A DNA stretch of 64,000 bases from Chthonomonadales bacterium. GTDB taxonomy: Bacteria; Armatimonadota; Chthonomonadetes; Chthonomonadales; CAJBBX01. Shown piece by piece: positions 27,888 through 39,449 of this stretch (its first letter is position 1; each line of letters starts with the position of its first letter). The position numbers and the translations under genes are program-made. The notes under the pieces were generated by a model. It did no database searches and was not told where the DNA came from. It saw nothing but the letters and a program-made list of their open reading frames with translations. The stretch spans positions 96,001 through 160,000 of the forward strand of contig JBBIPC010000001.1 in NCBI GenBank assembly GCA_037443035.1, given 5' to 3'.

Positions 27888-29180
27888 TCAGAAGGCGGTG
27901 GTGCTGGAGAACGCGAACTCATCAACCTTCATGGGTGGGACGTAGGCTGCGCCGTAGCCGCGAACCGCCTCGGGCTGGCCCAGCGCGACAATCCGCTCGA
28001 ACATGCGGAGCGGGCTTTCGTTGAACCTGAGGTTCTTGACACCAGACACGACCCTGCCATCCTCAATAAGGAAAAGCCCGTCACGAGTCATGCCTGTAAG
28101 GAGAAGCTTCATCGGATCCACGAAGCGGATATACCAGAAACGTGTGACGAGGAGTCCCCGCTCGGTGGACTGGATCATGTCGTCGACGGTTGCATCCGTG
28201 CCATCTAGGATGATGTTCGTCGGCGAGCCGGTGTAGGGGCGTTTCATCTTTGCGGCCCAATAGCGGCTGTGTGCCAGGTTCTCGAGTACACCGGACCGCA
28301 CCCAGTGCACCGTTGGCGAAGGCATCCCGTCGGCGGCAAAAGGAGATCCTGGGCAGACAGGATGATCCGGCACGCTGGCGATCGTAAGTTCGGATACTCC
28401 TAACTTGCTTCCAAGCTTGCCGGTGAAGGCACTACGCCCTTCGTCAGCGGCTTTGGCATCTAGAGACCAAGCCTCGAACGCGAGTAGTTCTGCGGCCGCC
28501 GCAGGTTCCAGAATAACCGTGTACGGTTTGGCCTCGATGGACTTCGGCTTGCGGCCTGCCGCGGCCTTCTCAGCGGCTCGTTCCGCTGTGGCAACGACCT
28601 GGACGTTGTCCAGACGGTGAGATCCTGAGGACGCCCATCCGGAGCTATCCTCGGCGATTGCCGTGCAGACGAGGCGAATCCCCGTCTCGCGATGGAACGC
28701 GAAATGCCCGCGGCTGTTCAAGACAGCGGTCACACTGCTCTCCGACGCCAAGCTGCCCGCGGCCGTCAGACCACGGCTTCGTATGGTACCGATGACATCG
28801 CGCACGGCATCTGCTCGCTGCGACGGCCCGAACGCGGCCACGGCGTCGTCCCATGCGCAGACAGGGGGGACCAGGGTCGGCTCGACGGGCGGCATATACT
28901 CGGTGTCAGGTTCTGCCTGCTTGGCTATTTCTTCCGCCCGTCGGACAGCCTCCACCATAGTCTCGCCAGTGAGGCGGTTCGTCCGGGCGGTTCCCACGCG
29001 ATTGCCATATGCCACATGGATGGTCAGGCTGGCGTCGGACCGCGCCACTGCCTGGGTGATGGCATTGTTCGCGAATCGTGTGGAACCTTCGTCGCTCGCC
29101 CGTAGCAAGAGTACCGCCTCGTCAGCCTGGCAAGCGCTCAGCGCCTCCTGGAGGATGGTTCGGGCGTCAGATTCGGTCAT
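27888..29180 (-). CDS. TldD/PmbA family protein (TldE-like subunit)
   Basis: TRFANNAI, VILEPAA, GLLVTRFWY, TGMTRDG, NLRFNES; no HExxxH. Confidence 0.88.
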   Translation of the reverse strand: MTESDARTILQEALSACQADEAVLLLRASDEGSTRFANNAITQAVARSDASLTIHVAYGNRVGTARTNRLTGETMVEAVRRAEEIAKQAEPDTEYMPPVEPTLVPPVCAWDDAVAAFGPSQRADAVRDVIGTIRSRGLTAAGSLASESSVTAVLNSRGHFAFHRETGIRLVCTAIAEDSSGWASSGSHRLDNVQVVATAERAAEKAAAGRKPKSIEAKPYTVILEPAAAAELLAFEAWSLDAKAADEGRSAFTGKLGSKLGVSELTIASVPDHPVCPGSPFAADGMPSPTVHWVRSGVLENLAHSRYWAAKMKRPYTGSPTNIILDGTDATVDDMIQSTERGLLVTRFWYIRFVDPMKLLLTGMTRDGLFLIEDGRVVSGVKNLRFNESPLRMFERIVALGQPEAVRGYGAAYVPPMKVDEFAFSSTTAF

Positions 29181-29203
29181 GATAGGACGTTCCTTTCGCA
29201 AGG

Positions 29204-30031
29204 CTAAGTGCCGAAGTCAAACTCATCGTTGAGCCGCACTGTCAGAAAGCTTATCCCGGACAGTAGGCTTAGCGCAGCAAGCCACATCAGTCCAACCCGG
29301 CCGTTGTCCGAGACGTGCAGTCCCACGTAGAGCCACAAGAACCCGATGACGGACCACACCATCATGCTCCCGAACGTCAGCAACCAAAACAAGAACTTGC
29401 AAAAGTAATGGCGCAGGAATATCATGACGCCCGGTGCGCAGACGACAACGCCCGTCCAGAAGTAGTCAGCCCACGTTACGCCCGGGTGTGCCGGATCGGC
29501 TTTGATAAGGAACCGCCCACAGTAGACCGCGGATGCTCCCAGCGCAATCCAGGCCAATCCGAGCACGTCGAATCCCCAGGAGCGACGGAGGGGGGTGAGG
29601 TCGGGTGGTGGACCAGTTAGCACAGGGAGCGGCTGGTGACACTTCCGACATTCGACGGCGCCTTCATCGTTCTGAATCCCGCAGGTCCTACAGTACGTCA
29701 TCCGGAAGACGGGCTCCGGGGCACTAGCATCCGATAACGCTGACGGTGCCTCCGGGGGCTTGGGCGTCTGGGCAGTCGCCGGCATGGCCGAGAAGTCCGG
29801 TACTTCGACCACTTCTCCGGTGAGTGTCGTCTTCAGGACGGTTGGAGGGTTCGGTGCGATCGGCGTGGTCGGGGAGGGTTGCGTGCTGGCAAAGTCAATG
29901 AGCTGCTCGTCAGACGTGGGTTCATCGAGGCCATGGCCGCAACGCCAGCAGACCGTCTCGCCCTCGAGGCATTCGGCCCCGCAGGTCTGGCAAACACGCC
30001 GCGCTATACTCATCTGCTTCTGACGCACCAT
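29204..30031 (-). CDS. double zinc-ribbon membrane protein
   Basis: Two CxxC-X10-CxxC ribbons, Pro-rich linker, four C-terminal TM helices. Confidence 0.75.
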   Translation of the reverse strand: MVRQKQMSIARRVCQTCGAECLEGETVCWRCGHGLDEPTSDEQLIDFASTQPSPTTPIAPNPPTVLKTTLTGEVVEVPDFSAMPATAQTPKPPEAPSALSDASAPEPVFRMTYCRTCGIQNDEGAVECRKCHQPLPVLTGPPPDLTPLRRSWGFDVLGLAWIALGASAVYCGRFLIKADPAHPGVTWADYFWTGVVVCAPGVMIFLRHYFCKFLFWLLTFGSMMVWSVIGFLWLYVGLHVSDNGRVGLMWLAALSLLSGISFLTVRLNDEFDFGT

Positions 30032-30032
30032 T

Positions 30033-30752
30033 TCAGTGTAGCCGCACGAATGGCTTCATCGCAGCGAGCTTCTTCTCACCAATGCCGCTTACTTCCGTCA
30101 ACTCGTCAACCGAGCGAAATCCGCCCTTTTCTGAGCGGTACGCGAGGATTCTGGCGGCGATAGCCGGACCCACTCCTGGCAACCGCTGGAGCTCCTCGAG
30201 CGATGCCGTGTTGACGTTGACTGTTCCCTCGCCGGGTGAGCGGAGTTTGTCGGGAGCGCGCTGGCCATGTCGTCGAGAAGAGGAAACGTGCTTCTGGTCC
30301 GAGGTGCTGCGAACTGCCGGTGCTGGCGACTGACGGACCTCCTTCTCGGGGACGATTACCTGGTCGGCGTCCGATAGGAGTGCTGCCGGGTTTACTCCCA
30401 GGGGATCCGCACCCTCGGCAGGACCTCCAGCGGCACGGAGCGCGGCTTCTACGCGGCTACCCTTGGGTAGGTAGTACACCCCTGGCTTCTTGACTGCACC
30501 GGCAACGTGCACAGCAATCTGTTCGGTTGTCACGGAAACAGGGTTCCCGCCGGTGGAAAGTGCCCCGCCAGTGCCGCGGGATGGTTGCACCACTAGAGCA
30601 TCCTTGGGGATCTGGTTCTGACGGTAGGCGTACACGAACGCACCTACAAACAGCAGTACGGCCAACAGGAGCGACGCCCAGCTCTGCGGATCGCTTGCAG
30701 GCATTAGCTTGCGTTGCACGCGTTCCTCATCGGGCTTTGGCTGGCCAGTCAT
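30033..30752 (-). CDS. comEA: competence DNA-binding protein ComEA
   Basis: TM anchor, SLBB domain (VHVAGAVKKPGVY), HhH motifs (LPGVGP, VSGIGEK). Confidence 0.9.
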   Translation of the reverse strand: MTGQPKPDEERVQRKLMPASDPQSWASLLLAVLLFVGAFVYAYRQNQIPKDALVVQPSRGTGGALSTGGNPVSVTTEQIAVHVAGAVKKPGVYYLPKGSRVEAALRAAGGPAEGADPLGVNPAALLSDADQVIVPEKEVRQSPAPAVRSTSDQKHVSSSRRHGQRAPDKLRSPGEGTVNVNTASLEELQRLPGVGPAIAARILAYRSEKGGFRSVDELTEVSGIGEKKLAAMKPFVRLH

Positions 30753-30759
30753 GTCAGGG

Positions 30760-32154
30760 TCAGAAGTCAGCGTTCCCCGGCGTTCTTGGGAACGGTATCA
30801 CATCCCGGATGTTCTTCATACCGGTAACATACATCAAGAATCGCTCGAGCCCCAACCCGAAGCCAGCATGCGGCGCGGATCCGTATTTCCGAAGCTCGAG
30901 GTACCACCAGTAGGGTTCTGGGTCGAGACCACATTCCTTGATACGTTCGAGCAGCACGTCATAGCGCTCCTCTCGCTGACTGCCACCGATGATCTCGCCG
31001 ATGCGCGGTACGAGGACATCCATGGCGCGGACGGTGCGGCCATCCTCATTCAGCCGCATGTAGAACGCCTTGATTTCTCTGGGATAGTCCGTCACAATGA
31101 TAGGCCGCTTGACTGCTTCTTCCGTCAGGTAGCGTTCGTGCTCGGCTTGCAGGTCGCATCCCCATCCGACCGGGTACTCCCAGTCGCGGCCGGCCTGCTC
31201 GAGTAGCCGCACTGCCTCCGTGTAGGTGATATGCTCGAAGGGCGACTCCGCGACATGCTCGAGTGTTTCCAGAACAGTTGGCTCGATCCGCTTGTTGAAG
31301 AAGGCTAGGTCGTCAGCGCGCTCTTGCAGCACCGTCTTGATGAGGTACTTCAGAAAGGCCTCTGCCAGCTTCATGTCGCCGGCAAGGTCGCAAAAAGCCA
31401 TCTCCGGCTCGACCATCCAGAACTCGGCGAGGTGGCGAGGTGTGTTGGAGTTCTCTGCGCGGAACGTTGGTCCGAACGTATAGACGTTGGCGAATCCGAG
31501 TGCGAAGATCTCGGCCTCGAGCTGGCCACTGACCGACAAGTAAGCGCGCTTGCCGAAGAAGTCCTGCGCGAAGTCCACGTGGCCATCCGGCGTCCGGGGC
31601 AAAGCCAGAAGGTCGAGTGTCGTCACTCCAAAGAGCGCCCCAGCCCCTTCGCAGTCCGATGCCGTGATGATGGGCGTGTGTACATAGAGAAAGCCGTGCT
31701 CCTGGAAGAAGCGGTGGATGGAGTAGGCGACGGTGTTGCGGGTGCGGAAGACCGCCCCGAACGTGTTGGAGCGCACGCGGAGATGGGCGATCTCCCGCAG
31801 GAACTCCATTGTATGCCCCTTCTTCTGAAGAGGATACGTGGCAGGGTCTGCTACACCGTGGACCATGGCCTCGTGCGCGACGAGCTCTACGGGCTGCCCA
31901 CTACCAGGGGATTCCACGAGGGAGCCCTCGAACTCGACGCAGGCGCCGGTGGTGATATCCTGAAGAACGGCCGGCGGGATACCACTATCGTCCGTGATCA
32001 CCACCTGCAAGTCGGCAAAGCAGCTACCGTCGCTCAACTGGATGAAATGGACGCCCTTGCTATCCCGCCGTGTCTTGACCCAGCCCCGGGCGCGATGTCG
32101 GCTGCCGACCGGCGACTGCAGAATGTCGCGGATGTACTCGCCAGGAGCGATCAT
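30760..32154 (-). CDS. asnS: asparagine--tRNA ligase
   Basis: [38 protein letters not shown]; alternative start 32163. Confidence 0.97.
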   Translation of the reverse strand: MIAPGEYIRDILQSPVGSRHRARGWVKTRRDSKGVHFIQLSDGSCFADLQVVITDDSGIPPAVLQDITTGACVEFEGSLVESPGSGQPVELVAHEAMVHGVADPATYPLQKKGHTMEFLREIAHLRVRSNTFGAVFRTRNTVAYSIHRFFQEHGFLYVHTPIITASDCEGAGALFGVTTLDLLALPRTPDGHVDFAQDFFGKRAYLSVSGQLEAEIFALGFANVYTFGPTFRAENSNTPRHLAEFWMVEPEMAFCDLAGDMKLAEAFLKYLIKTVLQERADDLAFFNKRIEPTVLETLEHVAESPFEHITYTEAVRLLEQAGRDWEYPVGWGCDLQAEHERYLTEEAVKRPIIVTDYPREIKAFYMRLNEDGRTVRAMDVLVPRIGEIIGGSQREERYDVLLERIKECGLDPEPYWWYLELRKYGSAPHAGFGLGLERFLMYVTGMKNIRDVIPFPRTPGNADF

Positions 32155-32159
32155 CCGAA

Positions 32160-34832
32160 TCACTCCTTGCCCACCGTGAAGCTTATGAGGCGATCCGGTA
32201 CGAGCACAGTCTTTCGAATCTCCTTGCCACCGAGCGCTTGCACGACCTTCTCGGACTCCATGGCTATGGCGCGCACGGTCGGCTCGTCAGCCCCAGATGG
32301 CACGGTGATGCGATCTTTCACCTTGCCATTGACCTGTACGGCAATCGTGACCGTTGCATCTGCCGCAACGGTCTCCTCATAGAGTGGCCAGGTCGCATGA
32401 TATGTGGAACTCTCGTGCCCCAGTGCTTCCCACACTTCGTCGGCTATGTGGGGCGCGAACGGAGCCAGGAGTAGGACGAGTGTGTCCAGGGCCTCCCCTA
32501 CGACGGCGGGATTCGCCTTCGACTTATCACCGTCCGGAGGATAGTAGAGATACAGGTCGTTGACAAGCTCCATCAGGGCCGCAATAGCGGTATTGAGGCG
32601 GAACCGGTCAATGTCTTCGTCCACCTTGCGAATCGTCTTGTGGAGCTTGCGTAGGATCGCCCTGTCGGTTTCTGGTGCACCGGCGAGAGCGTCTCCCCGC
32701 AATCGTCCTGCCGCCTGGTGTGCAAGTGGCATGGCTGCTCTGATCCACTTCCACGTTCGATGAAGGAAACGCAGCGCCGCATCAACTCCTTCTTCGTGCC
32801 ATTCGATGTTCGACTCGAAGGGCGCCACGAACATGATATGGAGACGCAGAGCGTCAGCACCGTATCGCTCGATCATGGACTCCGGCGTCACGACATTTCC
32901 CTTGGACTTCGACATGCGGACCCATCGCCACACTATCTCTTCTTTGGGAAACGTGGCGAGCTCATTGGGCCGGAGCACGATCCAGTCTATGATCTGGTCC
33001 GACTCTTCGGCCTCAGTTGCATCGGAGGATTCGCCGGGACGTGGCCGCCGGCCGGGCGTGAGTGCGAGAACCGCTCCCTGATTCCGGAGTCGAGTGAACG
33101 GTTCGGTGAATCCTACGAGACCCGCGTCGTACATGACCTTGGTCCAGAATCGGGCATAGAGCAGATGCATGACGGCGTGCTCTGCTCCACCCGTGTACAT
33201 GTCGACTGGCAACCAGGCATCTATTCTCGATCGGTCGGCGAAACATTGGGCGTTATGGGGATCGGCGAACCGGAGGAAGTACCAGGACGAGCACGCGAAT
33301 CCGCCCATCGTATCCGTTTCCCGTCGGGCCGCGGTGCCACATTGCGGACACTCAGTGCGAACGAACTCGGGGATGGTGGCAAGGGGCGACTCACCGGTAC
33401 CGGACGGTTCGTAGTGTTCGACGTCGGGCAGAAGCACTGGTAGCATCTCTTCGGACACGGGAACCTCCCCGCATCTCGGACAATGAACGATGGGGATGGG
33501 AGCCCCCCAATAGCGCTGTCGGCTGATAAGCCAGTCCTTCATACGATAGTTCACGCGACCCCGGCCGACGCCGCATTCCTCTAGCCATCGTACGACCGCA
33601 GCTACTGTGCTCTTATCGTTCGGCAGTCCTGCGAACGGCGCCTTCGGCGTCAGTGCGCGCGGACCTGGCTCGAAATCGCGCATGACGCCGCCATCTGGCA
33701 GTGCCATAGTCATCGCGTCGCCGGTCTGCGGCCCTCCGTCGGTGACGTAGACAAGCTCGATGGGTATGCCGTACTTGCGTGCGAATTCGAAGTCGCGCTG
33801 GTCATGAGCCGGCACGGCCATGATGGCACCGGTGCCGTAGCCCATCAGCACGTAGTCTGCTATCCAGATGGGGATATGCTGACCATTGACTGGGTTGAGT
33901 GCATAGGATCCTAGGAAGACGCCTGTCTTCGTCCGCTCGATGGCCATCCGCTCGATGTCGGTGCTCATTTGTGCGCGCCGTATGTAAGCTGCCACCTCGT
34001 CTTGTCGTTCTGGTTGGGTCAGTTCCGGGACGAGCGGGTGTTCGGGAGCCAGCACCATGAATGTTGCGCCCCAAAGCGTATCTGGTCGTGTCGTGTAGAC
34101 CGTAATGGTCCTATCCGTGCCGACAACAGGAAAATCCACATCGGCGCCTTCGCTCCGTCCTATCCACTCGCGCTGCTGCAGTTTGATGCCCTCTGGCCAG
34201 TCCAGTTGATCCAGATCCTCGAGCAGACGATCAGCGTACGCGGTGATCCGGAAGTACCACTGCTGCATAGGACGCCGCTCGACAACGGTGTCGCATCTCC
34301 AGCATCGCCCTTCCTTGACCTCTTCGTTGGCCAAGCCAGTGCGGCAACTAGGACACCAGTTGATAGGAGCCTCGGCGCGATAGGCCAGACCTCTCTTGTA
34401 GAGCAATAGGAAGAACCATTGCGTCCATCTGTAGTACTCGGGATCGCTGGAGTTGATTTCGCGATCCCAATCATAGCTGGCGCCTATGAGCTTCAGCGTG
34501 CGCTTGTAGTTCGCGGCGTACTCCGGGACCATTTCTCGAGGGTGGCGCTTCCTTCGGATGGCCTCGTTCTCAGCCGGCTGACCGAACGCATCCCATCCCA
34601 TTGGGTGGAGCACGGCGTATCCCTTCATGCTCTTGTGTCGGCAGAACGCATCTGCCGGGGCGTAGTTCTTGCAGTGACCTACGGAAAGCCCTGCTCCAGA
34701 AGGGTAGGGGAACATCTCCAAGACGTAGTAGTGCGGTTTGTCAGCCCCGTCATCGGCGCGGAACGTCTTCTCTGCTTCCCAGCGTGCCTGCCACTTAGGC
34801 TCTATCTTCCGGAAGTCGTAGCGATCGTCCAT
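32160..34832 (-). CDS. leuS: leucine--tRNA ligase
   Basis: MFPYPSG, CP1 editing motifs TTRPDT and [27 protein letters not shown]. Confidence 0.97.
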   Translation of the reverse strand: MDDRYDFRKIEPKWQARWEAEKTFRADDGADKPHYYVLEMFPYPSGAGLSVGHCKNYAPADAFCRHKSMKGYAVLHPMGWDAFGQPAENEAIRRKRHPREMVPEYAANYKRTLKLIGASYDWDREINSSDPEYYRWTQWFFLLLYKRGLAYRAEAPINWCPSCRTGLANEEVKEGRCWRCDTVVERRPMQQWYFRITAYADRLLEDLDQLDWPEGIKLQQREWIGRSEGADVDFPVVGTDRTITVYTTRPDTLWGATFMVLAPEHPLVPELTQPERQDEVAAYIRRAQMSTDIERMAIERTKTGVFLGSYALNPVNGQHIPIWIADYVLMGYGTGAIMAVPAHDQRDFEFARKYGIPIELVYVTDGGPQTGDAMTMALPDGGVMRDFEPGPRALTPKAPFAGLPNDKSTVAAVVRWLEECGVGRGRVNYRMKDWLISRQRYWGAPIPIVHCPRCGEVPVSEEMLPVLLPDVEHYEPSGTGESPLATIPEFVRTECPQCGTAARRETDTMGGFACSSWYFLRFADPHNAQCFADRSRIDAWLPVDMYTGGAEHAVMHLLYARFWTKVMYDAGLVGFTEPFTRLRNQGAVLALTPGRRPRPGESSDATEAEESDQIIDWIVLRPNELATFPKEEIVWRWVRMSKSKGNVVTPESMIERYGADALRLHIMFVAPFESNIEWHEEGVDAALRFLHRTWKWIRAAMPLAHQAAGRLRGDALAGAPETDRAILRKLHKTIRKVDEDIDRFRLNTAIAALMELVNDLYLYYPPDGDKSKANPAVVGEALDTLVLLLAPFAPHIADEVWEALGHESSTYHATWPLYEETVAADATVTIAVQVNGKVKDRITVPSGADEPTVRAIAMESEKVVQALGGKEIRKTVLVPDRLISFTVGKE

Positions 34833-34861
34833 GAATCCACCCTCGCGTGTTTGAGCACGTC

Positions 34862-34891
34862 ATTATAGTCGGCCAGCTTGAGATGCGTCAA
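34862..34891 (-). promoter_or_regulatory. sigma70-type promoter for the leuS operon
   Basis: TTGACG, 18 nt spacer, TATAAT on minus. Confidence 0.7.
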
Positions 34892-34927
34892 ACGGACAAT
34901 CTCGGCCGGTCGTCGCGACAAGATCGC

Positions 34928-35725
34928 TCAGAAAATGCCGTCGGGCCTGGCTAGGATCACGAGCAGATCGAACGTCACTGCACAAGCCCAATGGAGGCAG
35001 AATCCAGGGTAGAACGAACGTGCCCGGAGCGCAAGGTGACCAAGCACAAGCCCGGCGATGAAGGACCCGGCGAACTCCGGCCATGGCTTGCCATAGTGCA
35101 TGAGTCCGAACGCCGCGGCCTGGGCGATAACCGCTATCGTCGATCCGAAGCGACGCGCAAGGCCGAAGGTCAGATAGCCCCTGAAGAAGAACTCCCATCC
35201 CAACATGTAGAGGCCATACGTCAGCTCGAAGTAGATCAGGTGAGGCCACGAATAGGCTGCCTCTTGCTGGATGGGGTAATAGGCCATGAACTCGGGTCGG
35301 CGCGAGGCCAGGAACAAGGGGAGCAGCATGGCGACGTACAGGATGAGCACCGTACGCCACACCTGAGACCGAGGACGCCACCATCCGAAGAGGTGCGGCC
35401 CCTCGCGTGGTAGAGCGTAGATGCTGAGCATCGGTAGGAGCACCAGCCCTGTCAGGTTGACGAGCAAGTACTCCTCCCAAGAGCGTGGACCGCCGCACCC
35501 GCGACCTAGGGACCATACTGGGCACGGCTGCAGGTTGTACGCGGTCAGGGCGACCACCACCAGCGCGCCGACAGCCAGAACTACGAGGGAGACGCGCAGG
35601 TTACGCAGGGTTCCTACCGCCGGAGCAGTTCTGGCTTGGTCGGCATGGACATTGGCAGTGCTCTCTACATCAGACACGCTCGCTGAATCCTGTGTGCAGC
35701 TTGGCGCATCCTGCGACGCGCCCAT
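34928..35725 (-). CDS. CPBP/Abi family intramembrane glutamic endopeptidase
   Basis: WEFFFRG, FGLMH and LHW motifs; multiple TM helices; start uncertain (35725 ATG or 35677 GTG). Confidence 0.8.
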   Translation of the reverse strand: MGASQDAPSCTQDSASVSDVESTANVHADQARTAPAVGTLRNLRVSLVVLAVGALVVVALTAYNLQPCPVWSLGRGCGGPRSWEEYLLVNLTGLVLLPMLSIYALPREGPHLFGWWRPRSQVWRTVLILYVAMLLPLFLASRRPEFMAYYPIQQEAAYSWPHLIYFELTYGLYMLGWEFFFRGYLTFGLARRFGSTIAVIAQAAAFGLMHYGKPWPEFAGSFIAGLVLGHLALRARSFYPGFCLHWACAVTFDLLVILARPDGIF

Positions 35726-37041
35726 GTCAGTCTCTCGCAGCGCACGCGGCCACGTTCGGCCACTACTTCCCCATTCACCATCGTCAGCATGACATCGTGG
35801 CACGCCGCCGCATGGACAACGGCCTGTACTGGATGATAGCACGGTTGCATGCGCTGGCCCACACGGACTGCGGTCAGATCGGCAGCTTTGCCGACGTGGA
35901 GGCTTCCGATGAGGCGATCGAGTTCTAGTGCTCGTGCCCCACCTTGTGTCGCAAGTGCCAGCATGTCGCCCGCGACTGGGGTCTCGGCGCGACGCCACAT
36001 AGCACGCTGCACCAGCAGACCCAGCCGCATCTCCTCGAACATGTCTGCGTTATTGCTACTCACGGCGCTATCGGTTCCCAGTCCCACGCAGGCATCAAGC
36101 GTGCCAACAGCCCGTGATGCATCCTTGGTGGTGTGCGTTATGAGTGTAGCTAGATGCGCAGCACCATTCCCCAGCTTGGCGTTCGAGCGCGGACAGTACG
36201 CAACACCTGAACCGGAGCGCTGGAGGATCTCCATATCCTCGCTTGTTAGGGACACGCAGTGGACGAGGAGGGTAGATGGACGCAAGACATCGAGGTCCGC
36301 CAGGTAGCGCAACACTCCCATCCTGGGTGCTTGCCAGTGGATTCGGCGTTCCTTGAGTCGAGCTGCCCGTACACCTGTGCCTGTGAGGAGCAGCTCAAGC
36401 TCCGGCTGGGACTCTGCCGCGTGGATGCAGACTGGCAGCCGGTGCTCTTGGGCATATTGTGCCGCTGCACGCAGCAGCGCCGGACGCACGGTGTACACGC
36501 TATGGGGTGAGATACCGACTCGTACGAGTGTCGGATCCGTGTGACGCGCTAGCACCGCCAGTTTCGTGCGTAGGCGCTCCAGCGCGACTTCCAGGGGCAC
36601 GTCCTCGCCAATACCGAATACCTCCTGGTACACGATGCCCCGCAGCCCCACGGAGCTCAGGCCGTGGGCGGCCGCGCCGGAGTCCGTACAGTCGGCGACG
36701 GTTGTGACGCCTCCTCGCGCAGCCTCGGCGGCGCCGCAGATGGCCGACGCAATCCAGTCGTCGGGTTCCAACAGCGCCTTCAGCTCCATGAGCCGATCCA
36801 GCCACGGAAACATGGGAATGTCTTCCACCGCTCCACGAAGCACTGTGTACTCCAGGTGCGTGTGCGCGTTCACTAGACCAGGCAAGAGAATCGCATTGCC
36901 GAGGTCTCGTGCCTCTGTGCAAGGCTGCCCGTCTATTCGTCGGGCGCGAACCTCCACAAGGAGCCCGTTCTCGATTACGACCTCGCCGTCCTCCAGCACG
37001 GTGGCTGAGTCGGGGAGGACCCACTTGGCCCTGAGTCGCAT
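35665..37041 (-). CDS. amidohydrolase (MTA/SAH deaminase-like)
   Basis: PGLVNAHTH, SPHSVY, IHAAE, VHCV, LGTDS. Confidence 0.88.
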   Translation of the reverse strand: MRLRAKWVLPDSATVLEDGEVVIENGLLVEVRARRIDGQPCTEARDLGNAILLPGLVNAHTHLEYTVLRGAVEDIPMFPWLDRLMELKALLEPDDWIASAICGAAEAARGGVTTVADCTDSGAAAHGLSSVGLRGIVYQEVFGIGEDVPLEVALERLRTKLAVLARHTDPTLVRVGISPHSVYTVRPALLRAAAQYAQEHRLPVCIHAAESQPELELLLTGTGVRAARLKERRIHWQAPRMGVLRYLADLDVLRPSTLLVHCVSLTSEDMEILQRSGSGVAYCPRSNAKLGNGAAHLATLITHTTKDASRAVGTLDACVGLGTDSAVSSNNADMFEEMRLGLLVQRAMWRRAETPVAGDMLALATQGGARALELDRLIGSLHVGKAADLTAVRVGQRMQPCYHPVQAVVHAAACHDVMLTMVNGEVVAERGRVRCERLTWARRRMRQAAHRIQRACLM

Positions 37042-37046
37042 GGTGC

Positions 37047-37685
37047 TCAGAGTGGGCTGGCCCAGAGTATCTCGACCTGACTCCGACTTAGGTTCTTGGT
37101 ATGGCCATCTCCGTGCAGCACGCAATAGCGCATCTGGTCGAAGATGAGGCCGCCATGCCACCGCCCGCTGGCGTCGAAGAGGACATTGATGGAGGCTGGT
37201 TCCCGCATGCTAGTCTCACCCATGCGGCGGAAGGCGATCTCGGTACGATAGTTGTAGCTCGTACCGAACTTCTCGAAACTGCTCGGACGTGCATCTAGAG
37301 GTACACCTGTGAAGTCTTCGACATCGTAGCCGGTATCCGATGGGCACCGGAAGAGGTTCTTGGAGCGAATGTAGGGCTGCAGGACCTCGTGAATCATAGG
37401 CATGAATGGTATCTGGGCCTGGAAGTCAGGGTAGGGATCCCAGATCTGCGGCGTGTACTTATCCGTCGGGTCTACCGCCCATGGATAGATGTCGTCGTAA
37501 TCCTGGGCGTACATACGGATCGCCAGGCCGGTCTGCCGCAAGTTCGACACGCAGGTTATCTCCCGCGCCTTGCCACGTGCAGTCATGAAGACGGGGAACA
37601 GGAGGCCAGCCAACACCGCAATGATCGCAATCACGGTAAGCAGTTCGATGAGGGTGAAGCCTCGGCGAGCACTTGGATCGAGCAT
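37047..37685 (-). CDS. prepilin-type N-terminal cleavage/methylation protein (DUF1559-like)
   Basis: RGFTLIELL..IAII..LFPVF..AR.KAR..C.SN; FRCPSD; C-terminal DGH; SD AAGGAG. Confidence 0.88.
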   Translation of the reverse strand: MLDPSARRGFTLIELLTVIAIIAVLAGLLFPVFMTARGKAREITCVSNLRQTGLAIRMYAQDYDDIYPWAVDPTDKYTPQIWDPYPDFQAQIPFMPMIHEVLQPYIRSKNLFRCPSDTGYDVEDFTGVPLDARPSSFEKFGTSYNYRTEIAFRRMGETSMREPASINVLFDASGRWHGGLIFDQMRYCVLHGDGHTKNLSRSQVEILWASPL

Positions 37686-37784
37686 GGTACGGTCTCCTTG
37701 GGGCCTGTGTAACGTGAATACTACCTCGACGCATGTTCGGGTTTCACTGCGACAAACGTGAGGACGCATACGTACGGACATTCG

Positions 37785-39404
37785 ATGCAACCGACACAAG
37801 ACCAGTACGATATCATCGTAGCCGGCGGCACCGTCTTGGACGGTGAGCTCGACTCGCCTTTCAGGGCTGACGTTGGTGTCGTGGACGACAGGATTGCTGC
37901 GGTCGGAGACCTGTCCCAAGCACGCGCCGGCCGCGTCGTCGCTGCATCCGGCAAGCGCGTTGCGCCGGGCTTCATTGACATACACACCCACTCCGACATT
38001 TCCGTCAGCTTCCACCGGCCCATGCTCAGCATGATCTCGCAGGGCGTCACGACGCAGGTGGTGGGCAACTGCTCTCTTTCACTGGGGTTGGCGTTGGACC
38101 GCCCGGAGTTCGCGTTCGAGCGGACTTGGTTGGAGAGCCATGGCGCCAGGATCGTGTGGAAAGACATGGCGACTCACCTGGACGTTGTACGTGACAACGG
38201 CGTGGCAACGAATTACGTGACGCTTGCGGGCCATGGTACGATCCGGAAGCGCGTGATGGGGATGGCCGACCGTCCAGCGCAGCCTGATGAGATCGAGGCC
38301 ATGAAGCGACTCCTCGTCCTGGCTTTGGAGCAGGGAGCATGGGGCCTGTCCACTGGCCTGGAGTACACGCCTTCGGGCTATGCGAATCTGCAAGAGCTGG
38401 TGGCTCTGTCGGCAGTCATCAGGCGTTACGGAGGCATCTACGCGACGCACCTCAGGAACGAGGGCGACGCGCTGCTGGAAGCCGTGCAGGAGGCCCTCGA
38501 CGTGGGAGAGACGGCCGGTGTCTCCGTACAGCTCTCCCACCATAAGGCAGAGAATCGTCAAAACTGGGGAAAGGTACGCGCAACCCTCCGCATGGTAGAA
38601 CAAGCAAGGGAGCGTGGAGTTGATGTCTGGCTCGATCAGTATCCGTACACGGCGTACATGACCAACCTGGGCATTCAGATATTGCCACGTTGGGTGCTCG
38701 AAGGCACGTCGGACGAGATAGTATCGCGTCTGAGCGATGCCGCGAGTCGTTCTCACATCTTGCAACGGCTGGTGGCGCAGCATCCAGACTGGGCGGATGA
38801 CTCAGGCGACGGACCCTGGTCGAGGGTGGAAATCGCAGTGGCTCGTAATCATCGCGAGTGGCAGGGGCGAAGCATCGCAGAACTCGCCCGGACGATGGGG
38901 AAATCGGGCTTGGAAACAGCCGTGGACATCATCTGCCAGGAGAGGAACATGGCGGCGGCCGTGAACCACGCCATCAGCGAATCGGACGTCGAGACCGTTC
39001 TCAAACATCCGCTGACGATGGTGGGGTCGGACGCGGTCGGAACCGGTCCAGACGGCAAGACGGGCGAGGATCGGGTTCATCCTCGATGTTACGGTACCTT
39101 TCCTAGAGTGCTGGCCCGCTACGTGCGCGACGGAAGGGCAATCAGCGAAGCCGAGGCGGTCAAGAAAATGACGAGCATGCCGGCGCGAAGGCTGCGACTC
39201 GATCATCGCGGGCTCGTGCGGCCTGGGTACTATGCTGACCTGGTGATATACGATCCGGCAACGATCCGGGACGTGGCTACCTACGAAGAACCGCACCGGC
39301 TGGCAGTCGGCATCGAAGCAGTCTTGGTGAACGGTCGCCTGGTCTGGCAGAATGGAGCCTGGACTGGGCTCTTGCCCGGACGTGTTCTGCGCCGGAATGG
39401 GTAG
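37785..39404 (+). CDS. N-acyl-D-amino-acid deacylase family protein
   Basis: PGFIDIHTHSD, GNCS, HLRNE, SHHK, HPRCYGTFPR. Confidence 0.92.
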   Translation: MQPTQDQYDIIVAGGTVLDGELDSPFRADVGVVDDRIAAVGDLSQARAGRVVAASGKRVAPGFIDIHTHSDISVSFHRPMLSMISQGVTTQVVGNCSLSLGLALDRPEFAFERTWLESHGARIVWKDMATHLDVVRDNGVATNYVTLAGHGTIRKRVMGMADRPAQPDEIEAMKRLLVLALEQGAWGLSTGLEYTPSGYANLQELVALSAVIRRYGGIYATHLRNEGDALLEAVQEALDVGETAGVSVQLSHHKAENRQNWGKVRATLRMVEQARERGVDVWLDQYPYTAYMTNLGIQILPRWVLEGTSDEIVSRLSDAASRSHILQRLVAQHPDWADDSGDGPWSRVEIAVARNHREWQGRSIAELARTMGKSGLETAVDIICQERNMAAAVNHAISESDVETVLKHPLTMVGSDAVGTGPDGKTGEDRVHPRCYGTFPRVLARYVRDGRAISEAEAVKKMTSMPARRLRLDHRGLVRPGYYADLVIYDPATIRDVATYEEPHRLAVGIEAVLVNGRLVWQNGAWTGLLPGRVLRRNG

Positions 39405-39449
39405 AACTTATCGCAGGCGATTCGGCACCACGCGCGGCCCAGACTGCTT

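Noticed and set aside
34833..34927. T-box leader for leuS
   Set aside because: The promoter lies ~30 nt from the start; no room and no GGUGG-ACC consensus
34928..35725. CPBP/Abi protein as a phage abortive-infection system
   Set aside because: The family name is historical; the motifs indicate an intramembrane protease and there is no defence context
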